Position numbers and translations under genes: made by a program
Virus record (IMG/VR): IMGVR_UViG_3300022178_000003
Coordinates: 1 to 49,768 of that record
DNA length: 49,768 nucleotides
Direction: 5' to 3' (one strand)
From: a virus
Taxonomy: Duplodnaviria > Caudoviricetes
Part shown: in pieces, positions 18,540 through 28,327 of the stretch
How the letters are laid out: each line of letters begins with the position of its first letter
Position numbering within the stretch: the first letter of the stretch is position 1
The notes under the pieces: generated by a model
Database searches by the model: none
Told to the model about the DNA's origin: nothing
Seen by the model: the letters and a program-made list of their open reading frames with translations, nothing else

Positions 18540-20349
18540 GATTTTCTAAGTCACTCCAATCAACATCTTTAGGCATAGAGTTTAATAGTTCTTTGTACTT
18601 ATCTTCACTAATATCCTCATAAGGAGCTTGTTGATACACATGGTCACTAACTGGCAACAAACTAATCCCACTGCACAAATCAAAGTTTTCCCATATCCAC
18701 TGTGCTACTTGCAAGAACTCGTCATCCGTGTAGTACACAGTGATGCTTGGTTTATGTTCGCACCAGTGATTCTGGTAAGCCTTCCAAAGCTCTAGCTGGT
18801 GCATAGCGCCAACATCTGCAACAGTCACAGAGTTCTTAGGGGCCTTCACCGGAAAACTAAACACTGACGATGCGACTGAGGTGACATCTGGCTCTACCGG
18901 GAATCCTTCTGCTTCCATAAAGACTGCAAGTGGATCTTTTTTGTCGCTACGAACTCTGCGAATGTAATGCTCAGAGAAGCGAGGATGGATACCAGAAGCA
19001 GAATCAACAAGCTGAGATACAGTACCGCTTGGCTTAACACATGTAATAGCCGCAGACTGCTCAATGTTAAGTTTTTCAGCCCACTCTTTATTAGTGTCCA
19101 CACATACATCTTTTATTTCCTCTAGCCATTTTTCTAACACCGTAGAATTGGGATTGCTCAGTGTCTTGTGATCCATGATACCTGTCATGCTCACGCCTAG
19201 CAAGGCTTCCTCTTCAGTGTTTTTCTTCCAGCAGTTACGCAAGTATCTAAAGTCTGTAAGTGTAGACTGTAGTGTACCAATGATAGCAGCTATCTCTGCC
19301 TTACTCTTGAGACTAGCCAGTGTGTCATCAGGACGTACTACAATCTCTGACAGGTTACAGAACTGATTAGAGCGTAGAATGATTTCAGAGCATGGGTTAG
19401 TGCCGAAGTCCTGCTCAGGATCACGCCTACCGTTACGGCCTGCAATCTTCTGAGCTGCTATGCGACTAAAGATACCACGCTCACCAGCTTTAGACTCGTA
19501 CATAGTGTGCATCTCACCTAAGAAGGCTTCAAAGTCTGGCTTCTCAGTATACGCTACGCTGTTGTTAGCCAAAGCTCTGTGTCCTTCGTGTCTCCACCAG
19601 TCTCCTGACTTAGCTTTAGCCATACGCTGATCTGAAAGATTTGACAAGCTAATCAAAGCTGAACGTCTAACGCCGCCTACGACAACGATGTCTGCAATTT
19701 TACATACAATGTCATGGCACTCAATGGATGTTAGCTTTCGTCCATGTGCTTTCTTAAAGACCTCAATGCAAAAATTAAACAAATCAACTAACGGCTCTGG
19801 CCCTGATGCACGGCCACCGAAAGTTTTTAGTCTTTGTCCTGCTGGACGCACACGGCTTATATCCCATTTAGGAATCTTACCAGCATACAGCATAGCTATC
19901 AGCTCACGGAATGCAGAGGCCCAGCCTATCTTGCTATCACTAACAACAATAACACTGTCAGTCTCGTGGAATGTTTCTGCAATCTCTGGAAGTTTGTTAA
20001 TGAAGTTACGCTCTACGCTGAAGCCTACGCCTGTACCACACATAAGAACATACATCAACTCATCAAAGGATCGCGGTGAATCTATGTGCAGATAACTACA
20101 GTTAAACCCTGCAACATTGTCTTTGTTGAGGGCTTCCCCCGCTGTCATCATACAGCGCATGCTAGGCATAACTTCCATGTTGTGGATAGCGTTGAAAATC
20201 TTTAAAGCTACTGTCTCGTTTATCTGTCCACGATCCTTCCAGAAGTCTACATACCTGTTGACTGTCTCGTCCCAACGCTCCCGTCTGCCTTCCTCTGGCA
20301 ACCATCGTGCGTAGCGGCTCTTGTGTATAAACTGTTGATACTGATCCAT
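18469..20349 (-). CDS. nrdJ: Class II adenosylcobalamin-dependent ribonucleotide reductase (monomeric RTPR type)
   Basis: FNCSY, VVVGGVRRSALI, GTNPCSEI, TCVKPSGTVSQL and C-terminal ACTGGACEI; no small (NrdB) subunit gene in the genome. Confidence 0.9.
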   Translation of the reverse strand: MDQYQQFIHKSRYARWLPEEGRRERWDETVNRYVDFWKDRGQINETVALKIFNAIHNMEVMPSMRCMMTAGEALNKDNVAGFNCSYLHIDSPRSFDELMYVLMCGTGVGFSVERNFINKLPEIAETFHETDSVIVVSDSKIGWASAFRELIAMLYAGKIPKWDISRVRPAGQRLKTFGGRASGPEPLVDLFNFCIEVFKKAHGRKLTSIECHDIVCKIADIVVVGGVRRSALISLSNLSDQRMAKAKSGDWWRHEGHRALANNSVAYTEKPDFEAFLGEMHTMYESKAGERGIFSRIAAQKIAGRNGRRDPEQDFGTNPCSEIILRSNQFCNLSEIVVRPDDTLASLKSKAEIAAIIGTLQSTLTDFRYLRNCWKKNTEEEALLGVSMTGIMDHKTLSNPNSTVLEKWLEEIKDVCVDTNKEWAEKLNIEQSAAITCVKPSGTVSQLVDSASGIHPRFSEHYIRRVRSDKKDPLAVFMEAEGFPVEPDVTSVASSVFSFPVKAPKNSVTVADVGAMHQLELWKAYQNHWCEHKPSITVYYTDDEFLQVAQWIWENFDLCSGISLLPVSDHVYQQAPYEDISEDKYKELLNSMPKDVDWSDLENHEKEDNTTGSQELACTGGACEIV

Positions 20350-20552
20350 TATTCTTCCTCATCTAGTGGTATGTGGTAGGAGCATGCTTTTAAAAAGTAA
20401 TTAAACTGCTCTCTCATGTCATGTACTGTTTGCCCGTCGCTATATATCGTATAGACTATCTTGACTGCTGGACATATTCTCTCTGCTTCTCCGAACTCTG
20501 GATAGTGTATAAACTCAAACACTGGTTGTCTGTCCATTACCATTCTCCACAT
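20349..20552 (-). CDS. Hypothetical protein
   Basis: 67-aa ORF coupled to the RNR start. Confidence 0.55.
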   Translation of the reverse strand: MWRMVMDRQPVFEFIHYPEFGEAERICPAVKIVYTIYSDGQTVHDMREQFNYFLKACSYHIPLDEEE

Positions 20553-20914
20553 CCTTCTATGTCACACACAGGATAGTTACGGCAGCCTAAATGCAAAGTC
20601 TCGTCATCTACTTTGTCTTCGTCTTTCCAAGTGACATAATTATAAATAGCTTCCCAAGGTGTTTGTCCGTAGCACTCTATGCTTTTTCTAAACCACAAGA
20701 AATCAACCCCCATCATGTATTCATTCCACCTGTCTTCTGGGTTTTGATGGGATTTAAAAGACTCTCTAAAGTAATAAAAGCCTAGTAAAGATCGTGTCCT
20801 TGAGCCTAATGAAAAGGGGTCTTCTGACCCTACACAACATAACATTATATAGTATTCTCCTTGAGAAGAACATCTTCTATAACAAGCAGATAAGGCATTA
20901 AAATAATTAATCAT
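20537..20914 (-). CDS. Hypothetical aromatic/Cys-rich protein
   Basis: 125-aa ORF filling the gap in the operon, coupled to the upstream stop. Confidence 0.5.
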   Translation of the reverse strand: MINYFNALSACYRRCSSQGEYYIMLCCVGSEDPFSLGSRTRSLLGFYYFRESFKSHQNPEDRWNEYMMGVDFLWFRKSIECYGQTPWEAIYNYVTWKDEDKVDDETLHLGCRNYPVCDIEGCGEW

Positions 20915-21396
20915 TAGCTATTCTCCGCTATCACTCTTGCTGTTAGCTCCTGCAAATACCAACTAGCTTTCTGTAAGTCTTCTGCCGGCTTACCTTTGTA
21001 GTCGTAGCGCCACAGGTATTTCATGCAGTTGCCCTTGAGATAGCCTCTGAAAGCCTCTGTAGACATAGACTCTGCTATAGCTTCAATACACTCTATGCTG
21101 CCAGTGTTGTAGTGCGCTGGGTTGTGTACTGCATCGTGTTCGTCTTCGTAATCATCGTCATCGTCATCGTCCTGATTTACCTTAGAAAACAACTCCCACA
21201 CTTCCTGTCTACCCTTTTCTGTAGTCATATCGTAGTGGTCTGTGTCTTCTTCTTCCTCGTCTTCCCAAAGGTCTGCATTTTCATTGTGTGCTGCCTTCAT
21301 CCAAGAATCCAACATAGAAGGTTTTTCAAGGGCAGGGTGGTTTGTTCTTAACCTGTTCCAATCTTCAGGGGTAGCATCATTCAATCGTTTGTTCAT
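20914..21396 (-). CDS. DUF3310 / T7 gp1.7-like nucleotide kinase domain protein
   Basis: DAVHNPAHY...IECIEAI...GYLKGNCMKYLWRYDYKG...EDLQKASWYL, preceded by an acidic N-terminal region. Confidence 0.8.
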   Translation of the reverse strand: MNKRLNDATPEDWNRLRTNHPALEKPSMLDSWMKAAHNENADLWEDEEEEDTDHYDMTTEKGRQEVWELFSKVNQDDDDDDDYEDEHDAVHNPAHYNTGSIECIEAIAESMSTEAFRGYLKGNCMKYLWRYDYKGKPAEDLQKASWYLQELTARVIAENS

Positions 21397-21532
21397 ACTC
21401 TATCTCACTGTTTTTATATCGGGTTTGTTTACGTTTAGTTTCTTTTAATTTAGAAGACGTAGATATTTTTTTAAATTTTTTCTTCCGTACAAACCTATCT
21501 CGCCTTTCATCTTTTCGGCTGTAGTCAGTCAA
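21377..21532 (-). CDS. Small basic hypothetical protein (probable TTG start)
   Basis: TDYSRKDERRDRFVRKKKFKK...; the upstream part of the tracked ORF overlaps the endonuclease gene. Confidence 0.45.
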   Translation of the reverse strand: MTDYSRKDERRDRFVRKKKFKKISTSSKLKETKRKQTRYKNSEIEYEQTIE

Positions 21533-21992
21533 AGGTCTCTCTCTTTTTTGTATTGATCCAGCTATCTGGGATGCTGTCTTCGCTATACCAAGTGAACCCA
21601 TTTGCAGATGCCCACTCTCCATGAGATCTTTTTGTTCCGTCCTTTCTACGCTTTGCTTGTGGCATAGGCGCACTTGGATTCGCAAACAGAAACACTAACT
21701 CTGTATCTTCAGGAAGCGCTTTGCTAATCCAAATATATTTACTAAATTCAGCGTAGTCCCAGAACCTTCCTTTAGCTTCAAGAAGAATCTTCTTACCATC
21801 AATATCTTTAAGGAAGTCGGGGTGGTAGTTGTGTTCAACAGTGTACGGAACCTTTTGAGTGTGAAAGTTCCAGCCGTCTAATATACCCGTGTGTAGCTCA
21901 TACTCCCAGTTAGAATCATAACCTTTAACTAAGTCTTTTTCAACAGGTCTTTTAACTCTGGCTTTTCTAAAACCTTTCTTAACTTTTTTCAA
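21525..21992 (-). CDS. T7 endonuclease I-like resolvase
   Basis: YDSNWE...YHPDF...ILLEAKGRF...LVFLF...EWASANGF (PD-(D/E)xK pattern of gp3). Confidence 0.8.
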   Translation of the reverse strand: MKKVKKGFRKARVKRPVEKDLVKGYDSNWEYELHTGILDGWNFHTQKVPYTVEHNYHPDFLKDIDGKKILLEAKGRFWDYAEFSKYIWISKALPEDTELVFLFANPSAPMPQAKRRKDGTKRSHGEWASANGFTWYSEDSIPDSWINTKKRETFD

Positions 21993-22165
21993 TGAAGTTG
22001 AGCCTCCCGCCTTTCTAGTTCTGCTTCTATGATTAGCCTTAAATCTTCTAAGAACAGGCCATCTATATCACAGATAGTAGCGTCTTCGTTGTTGTACAAA
22101 AAGCTACCTACTGCAATAATCATCTGATCTAATGAGAGACCATTGAGCGCTGGTTTACTTTCCAT
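21989..22165 (-). CDS. Hypothetical protein, 58 aa (not in ORF track)
   Basis: Manual translation MESKPALNGLSLDQMIIAVGSFLYNNEDATICDIDGLFLEDLRLIIEAELERREAQLH; GGAG RBS; fills the operon gap. Confidence 0.6.
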   Translation of the reverse strand: MESKPALNGLSLDQMIIAVGSFLYNNEDATICDIDGLFLEDLRLIIEAELERREAQLH

Positions 22166-22431
22166 GTGATCAACTCCAAGTCAACATCTTCGATTTCAAT
22201 ATCGGGGAAGATTTTAATTAATTGTTTTATTTTCTTTGTTATCCATTTGGGATGATAGGCATTCAAATACATTGTCCTGTTTGCCATGAAGTGAGTTTGC
22301 TCAGGCATCATAGTCTTGTAAGTATCTACGGTGACCTTCTCAGCTTCTTCTTCGGGCAATAATTGTTTCATCCAAGAAACTAGCAATGTAATTGAGTGTC
22401 GAGTAATGCGTTTGCTTTTTTTTCTATTCAT
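22129..22431 (-). CDS. Hypothetical protein
   Basis: 100-aa ORF coupled to the exonuclease gene. Confidence 0.6.
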   Translation of the reverse strand: MNRKKSKRITRHSITLLVSWMKQLLPEEEAEKVTVDTYKTMMPEQTHFMANRTMYLNAYHPKWITKKIKQLIKIFPDIEIEDVDLELITWKVNQRSMVSH

Positions 22432-23288
22432 AATAATTCATCTACTTTCGGTTCGACTACTACTTTGGTTAAGTAAGTTAGGCCGTTTGAGTATTTAAAT
22501 GTTCTTAAACCTTGACCATCATTGGAATCTGCAAAGCAGTTGTACTTGTATTTACACCAGCTACAGCCCTTAGCAAGCTTTATATTTCCTTTCTTTCCAT
22601 CCGGTATTGGAGCGTAACAAAGTTCTGGTGGTGTGTCAAGCTCCAAAGAAGGAATAAGTTTGTTTATTTTAGATTTAATATTAGGCTTATCAAGATCATC
22701 GGGCACATACATGCACAGCTCTCCGCTCTCTTTGTTCAAAACCAAGAAGCCTCCATTCTCTGTACCCTCTGCTTCCTCATAACCGGCAAGCTGCCCAAGA
22801 TAACCGAAGGGATCGTCTTGTGCTAAGCGCCCTTCCTTGAACTTGTTGAATGCAAAACGAGATGCGGTCTTAACATCAACCACCTCACCGTTTATCTTGC
22901 AGTCCATATGACCTACGATGCCGTCAACTACAACTTCTTTTTGCTCATCTGTTACTTCGTAGTCCACCATGCGTACTAACATCAACACAATCTCTTCAAG
23001 CAAGTGGCCGTACAAGAACTTAATCTGTGTCGGGCCATCCACACCACCGCGTCCTTTAGGATCACGCTTCTCATACCACAACTGGCGAGGAGGTTTACCT
23101 ACATTAGACATCCGAACAGTGAAATCGGAGTCTCGTTCCCGTGGTGTTGCCCAAGACATCAAGGCTTCTTTCATTCCTGATATAGTTCGGTCAATGTTCT
23201 CTTCGGTGAGAGGCAAAGGTTTGCCATCGTCTGATAACCTCTCAAGCTCGTTGTAAATTTCAGGTACTAATTCATGTAAGCCCATCAT
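22428..23288 (-). CDS. PD-(D/E)xK exonuclease (Cas4/RecB-like)
   Basis: RMSNVGKPPRQLWY, GHLLE, GHMDC...VVDVKTAS, QLAGY, C-terminal CSWCKYKYNC. Confidence 0.8.
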   Translation of the reverse strand: MMGLHELVPEIYNELERLSDDGKPLPLTEENIDRTISGMKEALMSWATPRERDSDFTVRMSNVGKPPRQLWYEKRDPKGRGGVDGPTQIKFLYGHLLEEIVLMLVRMVDYEVTDEQKEVVVDGIVGHMDCKINGEVVDVKTASRFAFNKFKEGRLAQDDPFGYLGQLAGYEEAEGTENGGFLVLNKESGELCMYVPDDLDKPNIKSKINKLIPSLELDTPPELCYAPIPDGKKGNIKLAKGCSWCKYKYNCFADSNDGQGLRTFKYSNGLTYLTKVVVEPKVDELL

Positions 23289-23300
23289 AATTTCCTTTGT

Positions 23301-23876
23301 TTAAAGCTCAGTGTTCTGAACAATAGATTTTATATCTTTAAGCGAAGCCTTGAACCACTCGCCACGTTTTTCTATCTTGTTGTTTGCTAGTTGCTCGTGT
23401 ACTTTTTCTTCTGCGTTCTTTCTGTTATCAAAGTACTTACAGTATTCTACCGCATAATCTCTTAGAGGTGAAGATGTTTGATACCCAGAGCATCTGTCAT
23501 ATGCATCAATAGCTCGTCCTACCTTGAACCACCCATCCCAAGCAGGATTAGAGATTATATAAACATAGCCGTATTCCACAGTAGAATACTTATCTAGCGA
23601 TGCGAATGCTACGCTTTCAAAAGTTTTAAATCTTCCGGGGGTGTGTAGTGGATGTGAGGCAGGGACATACTTACCGCCAACAAACATACGATTAGAGTTT
23701 TTACGTCTGTGCGCTTCGATGCTTCGCCTAGCTCCATCACTTGCTCCAACATACCACCACTTGCCGCTTTCAAAAATTGAATTTTTAACATTGGGTATAG
23801 TACTTGTATTCATCGTGTCTACCTCTGAATTATTAGTGGGTTTCTGACCAGTTGTTTCCGACATTATAATCTCCAT
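23301..23876 (-). CDS. GIY-YIG superfamily (T5orf172/MUG113-like) nuclease-domain protein
   Basis: GYVYIISNPAWDGWFKVGRA...R...YQTSSP...E..VH..L...RGEWF. Confidence 0.75.
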   Translation of the reverse strand: MEIIMSETTGQKPTNNSEVDTMNTSTIPNVKNSIFESGKWWYVGASDGARRSIEAHRRKNSNRMFVGGKYVPASHPLHTPGRFKTFESVAFASLDKYSTVEYGYVYIISNPAWDGWFKVGRAIDAYDRCSGYQTSSPLRDYAVEYCKYFDNRKNAEEKVHEQLANNKIEKRGEWFKASLKDIKSIVQNTEL

Positions 23877-25605
23877 CTAAGGGGCAGTTTAAGTTTAACC
23901 TCTTGCCCGCTTCTATAATAGACTCTACTCCAAGCTTTCCTACAGCATCTGCGACAGTTTCATGGCACTCTATCTGCCACTCATCGTGTACGTTAGCTAC
24001 AAACTTAGCATCTAAGTAAGTCAGTTTAGAATCTAATATTATTAAAGCCTTCTTCATTACAATAGCTCCTGCGCCCTGCAATAAAGTATTAAGTGCAGCG
24101 TGTTCAGAACGAACAGTCAAGCGCCTGCCGTCTAACGCTTTAACGAATCCGCTTTTAGCTTCTCGCTGAACTCTGTCCGTAAGCTTCTTAAATGATGGGA
24201 GACCATCAAAGAAGCGTTGTCTAAGCTGCTTACCTGCTGCTCTACCTCGTCCAGCCACTGACCCAAGCTTCGCATCTCCTGCTCCGTAGAGGAGGGCATA
24301 GATGAAAGTCTTCGCCTGATTTCTTGATTCAAGTCCTGCAAGTTTTTGATTAGCGGTGTGTATGTCTCCGTTAAGGATTTCATTTGTATAGCCCTCATCG
24401 TCTAAATAGTGTGCCAACATTCTAAGTTCTAAGCCAGAAGCATCTATGCCCACAAGTTTATAGCCTTTCGGTACTGTCCAACAAGCACGACAGTCTTCAC
24501 CGTAGGGCGAGTTACTGCTGGGTATCTGTGCCATGTTAGGATGTGAGTGAGTCATACGAGATGTCACCGCACCGTTGGGATTGACATATCCGTGAACCCG
24601 TCCTGTCTCTTCATTAAGTTCTTTAATCCAGCTTTTAGTTTGTGCTAAGCGTTTCTGTAGCATCAAGTACTTAGCAATCATTGCAGCTTGCGGGATATTC
24701 TTAACCCTATTGAGTGTTGCTTCATCTACAATGGGCTGTCCTGTAGGTGTATGCTTATTAGGATTCCAGCCAAAGCGAATAAGATATTCACCGATCTGTT
24801 TCCTTGAACCTAAGTTAAAAGGTATTTCAGTTTTACGTGCAATGGGCTTACAGTTTACATCAAGCGTTAGCTTCTCGTATTCTAGGTCTGTCAGCCTTGT
24901 GCCCTTTCCGTGTTGGTCTGTAGCTGTCTTAGCTACTGCGCCTGTGGCAGTAAACTTAGGAGTAAGGATCTGTGTAACAACTACAGGTTTAAACTCCTCC
25001 TGTACCTCTTGCTCCAAGTCATGTAGTTTAGTTTCAAACATTGCCATCAGCCCCATCACCTTCTCAACATCTAATACGAAACCATTGCTCCGCTGCTCAT
25101 CAATAATCTTAGCTACAGCATGCTCTATCTGAACTGATTGTGGTGTGAATCCACGGCTCTCAACCTTGAGTGCTTCATATACTTTAGTATTAAGCAGCAC
25201 ATCGTTCTTACAATACTCTAGCATCTCTGGAGTGTACTGTTCCCATGCGTCTTCTTGCTGTCCGAAGTCGCCTTTCTTGAACCCCAGCCTGTAGCCCCAG
25301 CCCTCAAGACCGTGATTGCCTTCGCGTGTTGGGTTAAACAAACGCGACAGCACCAGAGTATCTACAATCTTCTTGTCGAACAGGTCAACACCAGAAATCT
25401 TTTTAATTGCAGGAATGTCATAGCCAATTAAGTTATGACCTATCAGTTTAGTTGCAGAGGATAGAAGTTCATAGCCCTCTTGCAGCTGAGTGTTGTCAAA
25501 CGTAAACACATCCATAGTATCTACGTCTTGAGCCACGATACAATGAATCTTCGTGGGGTCTAAGCCGTCTGCTTCTATATCAAATACTAAGTTACTCATT
25601 CGCAT
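23833..25605 (-). CDS. Family A DNA polymerase with 3'-5' exonuclease (T7 gp5-like)
   Basis: FDIEADGL, GHNLIGYDIP, GIDASGLELR (motif A), AKTFIYALLYGAG (motif B), VHDEWQ (motif C). Confidence 0.95.
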   Translation of the reverse strand: MRMSNLVFDIEADGLDPTKIHCIVAQDVDTMDVFTFDNTQLQEGYELLSSATKLIGHNLIGYDIPAIKKISGVDLFDKKIVDTLVLSRLFNPTREGNHGLEGWGYRLGFKKGDFGQQEDAWEQYTPEMLEYCKNDVLLNTKVYEALKVESRGFTPQSVQIEHAVAKIIDEQRSNGFVLDVEKVMGLMAMFETKLHDLEQEVQEEFKPVVVTQILTPKFTATGAVAKTATDQHGKGTRLTDLEYEKLTLDVNCKPIARKTEIPFNLGSRKQIGEYLIRFGWNPNKHTPTGQPIVDEATLNRVKNIPQAAMIAKYLMLQKRLAQTKSWIKELNEETGRVHGYVNPNGAVTSRMTHSHPNMAQIPSSNSPYGEDCRACWTVPKGYKLVGIDASGLELRMLAHYLDDEGYTNEILNGDIHTANQKLAGLESRNQAKTFIYALLYGAGDAKLGSVAGRGRAAGKQLRQRFFDGLPSFKKLTDRVQREAKSGFVKALDGRRLTVRSEHAALNTLLQGAGAIVMKKALIILDSKLTYLDAKFVANVHDEWQIECHETVADAVGKLGVESIIEAGKRLNLNCPLDGDYNVGNNWSETH

Positions 25606-25921
25606 ACTGCTCCTTTAGGATATGCTCTTTATCTTTATTCTTCCAAACATTATTAGGACTGCGGTGATCTTTGAGCATCTCTTCGTAATACTCTTGAAGT
25701 ACATCAAACTCTATTGCAACGCGCAGCCCCGCTCCAGTGAAGTGTGCCCAATCAAGAATCCCAACAGGCCTAAACCTTGTTTTGTTTTTAGCTATTAAGA
25801 ATCCGTTAAAGATTGTACCCTGTCTAGTGTAGCTTACTTCATAAACTAATTCAGGGGCTGTCTTTCTAAGATGTTGCAGCGCCTTCTGTAAGGCGTAAGT
25901 TCCGTAAGGTGTCTTACTCAT
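25592..25921 (-). CDS. Hypothetical protein
   Basis: 109-aa ORF coupled between the helicase and polymerase genes. Confidence 0.6.
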   Translation of the reverse strand: MSKTPYGTYALQKALQHLRKTAPELVYEVSYTRQGTIFNGFLIAKNKTRFRPVGILDWAHFTGAGLRVAIEFDVLQEYYEEMLKDHRSPNNVWKNKDKEHILKEQYANE

Positions 25922-27618
25922 ATTATATCTCCATCAAACTGAGACGCATCGTAATCATCTAACTCTCTAAGCCTTCCTGTCTTGCCATCATACAGTAAGT
26001 TGCATGCCACTCCGACATCTCCGGTGTATCTAGATTTAAGCACTCGCACCTTGGTGGTTGATGCCTCTATTTCATCTTCTGATTGTTGGTTACGCTCAAG
26101 TGCAATCACGCAGTCAGATAACTGAGCAATAGACTGTGAGCCTCTGAGGTGTGATAGGCCTGTCTCGATACCGTTCTCGTGACCACGGTTCCCTTCAACT
26201 CTACGCAAGTGTGACACTAGGATCATACCGCAGCCTGTTTCTTCTACCATAGTTCTGAGCTTATGCATGATACTGTCAATAGCTTTCCGCTCATCGTTCT
26301 CCAGTGTAGATAGAACCAACATGTGTAAGTGATCAACAACAATCCATTTACAGTCTAGACCAATGATCATGTAGCGTAGCTTGCTGAAGATGTCATCAAG
26401 ATTATTGACACCGTGGTGAGCATGAATCCAAACACGCCCCTCATTATCACCCATGAATACTTTCTTGAAGCATTCGTCTAACTGATCGTCTGTGAACTGA
26501 GCCTTAACACTGTCGAGGTGTAGCTTGGCGTTAGCTTCAACGGCCATGATGCCCTCAGCAGTACGAGACCAGTTCTCTTCAAGGGCTACAACACCTACAT
26601 TATCTTCTGTGTTATCGATCAGCCAGTGTTCTATCTCACGAGTAACAGATGACTTACCCAGCCCTGTGCCGCCAGTGAGAGTGACTAGCTCACCTGCTCT
26701 CATGCCTTCTAACTTGCCGTTGAGACCAGACCAAGGATAGGGAATAGCTGTTTTCTTTTCAGTGCGTAGCTTTTGATAAGCTCCCAGCTGATCAGATAGA
26801 TTTAAAACACCAGAAGGTGTGTAGAGTTTTGCTTCCCAGAAAGCACTAACATATGCAGAATGTCTACCCTGACGCAACATATCGTTTGCATCCTTGTAGT
26901 CCACAGGCAGTGTCATGATCTTAGCTTTGCCGGGAGTTAATAGTTTTGCAATTTGTTTAGCCGCTTCCTTGCCGGGCTTATCGTTGTCGAAGTTAATGAC
27001 AACAGAGTCGAACGACTCAAGATATTCAAGACTAGCTTTAACATCACGGACACCTCCCTGTGCCCCTGACTTTATTGATACTGCTGGCCACTTAGAACCC
27101 ATAAGTTCGTAAGCAGCCATAGCATCGCACTCGCCTTCCACTAATGTTATAAACTTACCGCCTGCTTTAAACAGGTTCTCACCAAACAACCCAACTTCTT
27201 TAGAGCTTCCTTCCCAAGCAAAAGACTTATCTGGCTTGCGAATCTTTGAAGCTGCTAGTTCGTGTCCATTATAATAAGGGTAAACATGCTTATCAATCTG
27301 GCCTGAATTAGTAACTGTAGCTCTCACCCCATACTTTTTTGCTGTAGCTAAACTAATCTTGCGATCAGCCAGCTCTACAAATCTAGCATCAGATGTCCGC
27401 TGCTGGTGTGAACTCTGTTCCATCTTACTGTTCCTTTGATAAACTTCAAAGTCCGTTATCGTGTCCGGTTCAATGTCCGGTTGGTGTACTTCCGATGTAC
27501 TGTAGTTTTTAAAATACTTATTACAACTAAAGCAGAATGCAGACCCATCATCATTGATACCTGCTGCATCGCTAGAGCCGCACTCAAAGCACGGCTGGTG
27601 CATTTTAACGAAAGGCAT
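25918..27618 (-). CDS. Primase-helicase (T7 gp4-like)
   Basis: N-terminal CxxC...CxxC zinc finger, TOPRIM EGECD and FDND, Walker A GGTGLGKS, DHL, LRGSQSIAQLSD. Confidence 0.95.
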   Translation of the reverse strand: MPFVKMHQPCFECGSSDAAGINDDGSAFCFSCNKYFKNYSTSEVHQPDIEPDTITDFEVYQRNSKMEQSSHQQRTSDARFVELADRKISLATAKKYGVRATVTNSGQIDKHVYPYYNGHELAASKIRKPDKSFAWEGSSKEVGLFGENLFKAGGKFITLVEGECDAMAAYELMGSKWPAVSIKSGAQGGVRDVKASLEYLESFDSVVINFDNDKPGKEAAKQIAKLLTPGKAKIMTLPVDYKDANDMLRQGRHSAYVSAFWEAKLYTPSGVLNLSDQLGAYQKLRTEKKTAIPYPWSGLNGKLEGMRAGELVTLTGGTGLGKSSVTREIEHWLIDNTEDNVGVVALEENWSRTAEGIMAVEANAKLHLDSVKAQFTDDQLDECFKKVFMGDNEGRVWIHAHHGVNNLDDIFSKLRYMIIGLDCKWIVVDHLHMLVLSTLENDERKAIDSIMHKLRTMVEETGCGMILVSHLRRVEGNRGHENGIETGLSHLRGSQSIAQLSDCVIALERNQQSEDEIEASTTKVRVLKSRYTGDVGVACNLLYDGKTGRLRELDDYDASQFDGDII

Positions 27619-27623
27619 TTGCC

Positions 27624-27851
27624 TTACTCCTCAGTTTGTGCAACTTCCTCTGTTGCGATAGCCTCTTCCGTAAGGTGGTTTTCTTTAAGATCATTAATTA
27701 GTGCTACAGTGGCTGCTTGCATTAAGCCTGCGGTCATTGAAGCTTCTTGCAACTTGGCGTTTGCTTCTACCAAGTGTGTAAGAATTACCCTACCCTCATC
27801 TGAGAGTAGGTCTGATTCATAGTTTACGTTGTCGATTGTTACTAGTGCCAT
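27624..27851 (-). CDS. Hypothetical protein
   Basis: 75 aa, VTIDNVNYESDLLSDEG followed by a helix; coupled to SSB. Confidence 0.6.
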   Translation of the reverse strand: MALVTIDNVNYESDLLSDEGRVILTHLVEANAKLQEASMTAGLMQAATVALINDLKENHLTEEAIATEEVAQTEE

Positions 27852-28279
27852 TACAGTTCATCCTCCATTCCGCCATCTAGTGAATCAAACTCTGAACCAT
27901 CAGGTGAACCAACTTCTACTAAGTCAATAACCTGCATAGCTTGGAAGTCTAAGCCCTTAAATATCTTGCCTTTCCATTCTGATTCCCACTCCTTGTACTG
28001 AACCTTAACGCTTGAGCCGTTACCTACACGAGCATCTAGCGGGTTCTTGTACGCATCTACCAAGCGGGGTGCTGGACGTACCATGCCGTTCGGGCCGTTA
28101 ACTTTACGCTTGATTACAACTGCTGGGCCTTCATCCATCTGTTTAATAGTGAAGCCTCGTGATTGAAAATCTTCAGCAGTCGCCTCATCTACAACTAGAT
28201 TAACCGAATACACTGGCTCATAAGTTGTGTTAGGTGTAGTGACTGAAGCCCAATATGCTGCGCCTTGTAGTATTGCCAT
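27851..28279 (-). CDS. Single-stranded DNA-binding protein (gp2.5/DUF2815-like)
   Basis: AYWASVTTPNT...VGNGSSVKVQY...QAMQVIDLVE and an acidic C-terminal tail. Confidence 0.8.
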   Translation of the reverse strand: MAILQGAAYWASVTTPNTTYEPVYSVNLVVDEATAEDFQSRGFTIKQMDEGPAVVIKRKVNGPNGMVRPAPRLVDAYKNPLDARVGNGSSVKVQYKEWESEWKGKIFKGLDFQAMQVIDLVEVGSPDGSEFDSLDGGMEDEL

Positions 28280-28327
28280 GTTGCTTTCCTCTTTGTGGTT
28301 GTAAAATGTTTGTGGAATATACCACGT

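Noticed and set aside
22428-23288. Cas4-like nuclease as evidence of a CRISPR system
   Set aside because: Stand-alone PD-(D/E)xK exonucleases are routine in phage replication modules; no array or other cas genes are present
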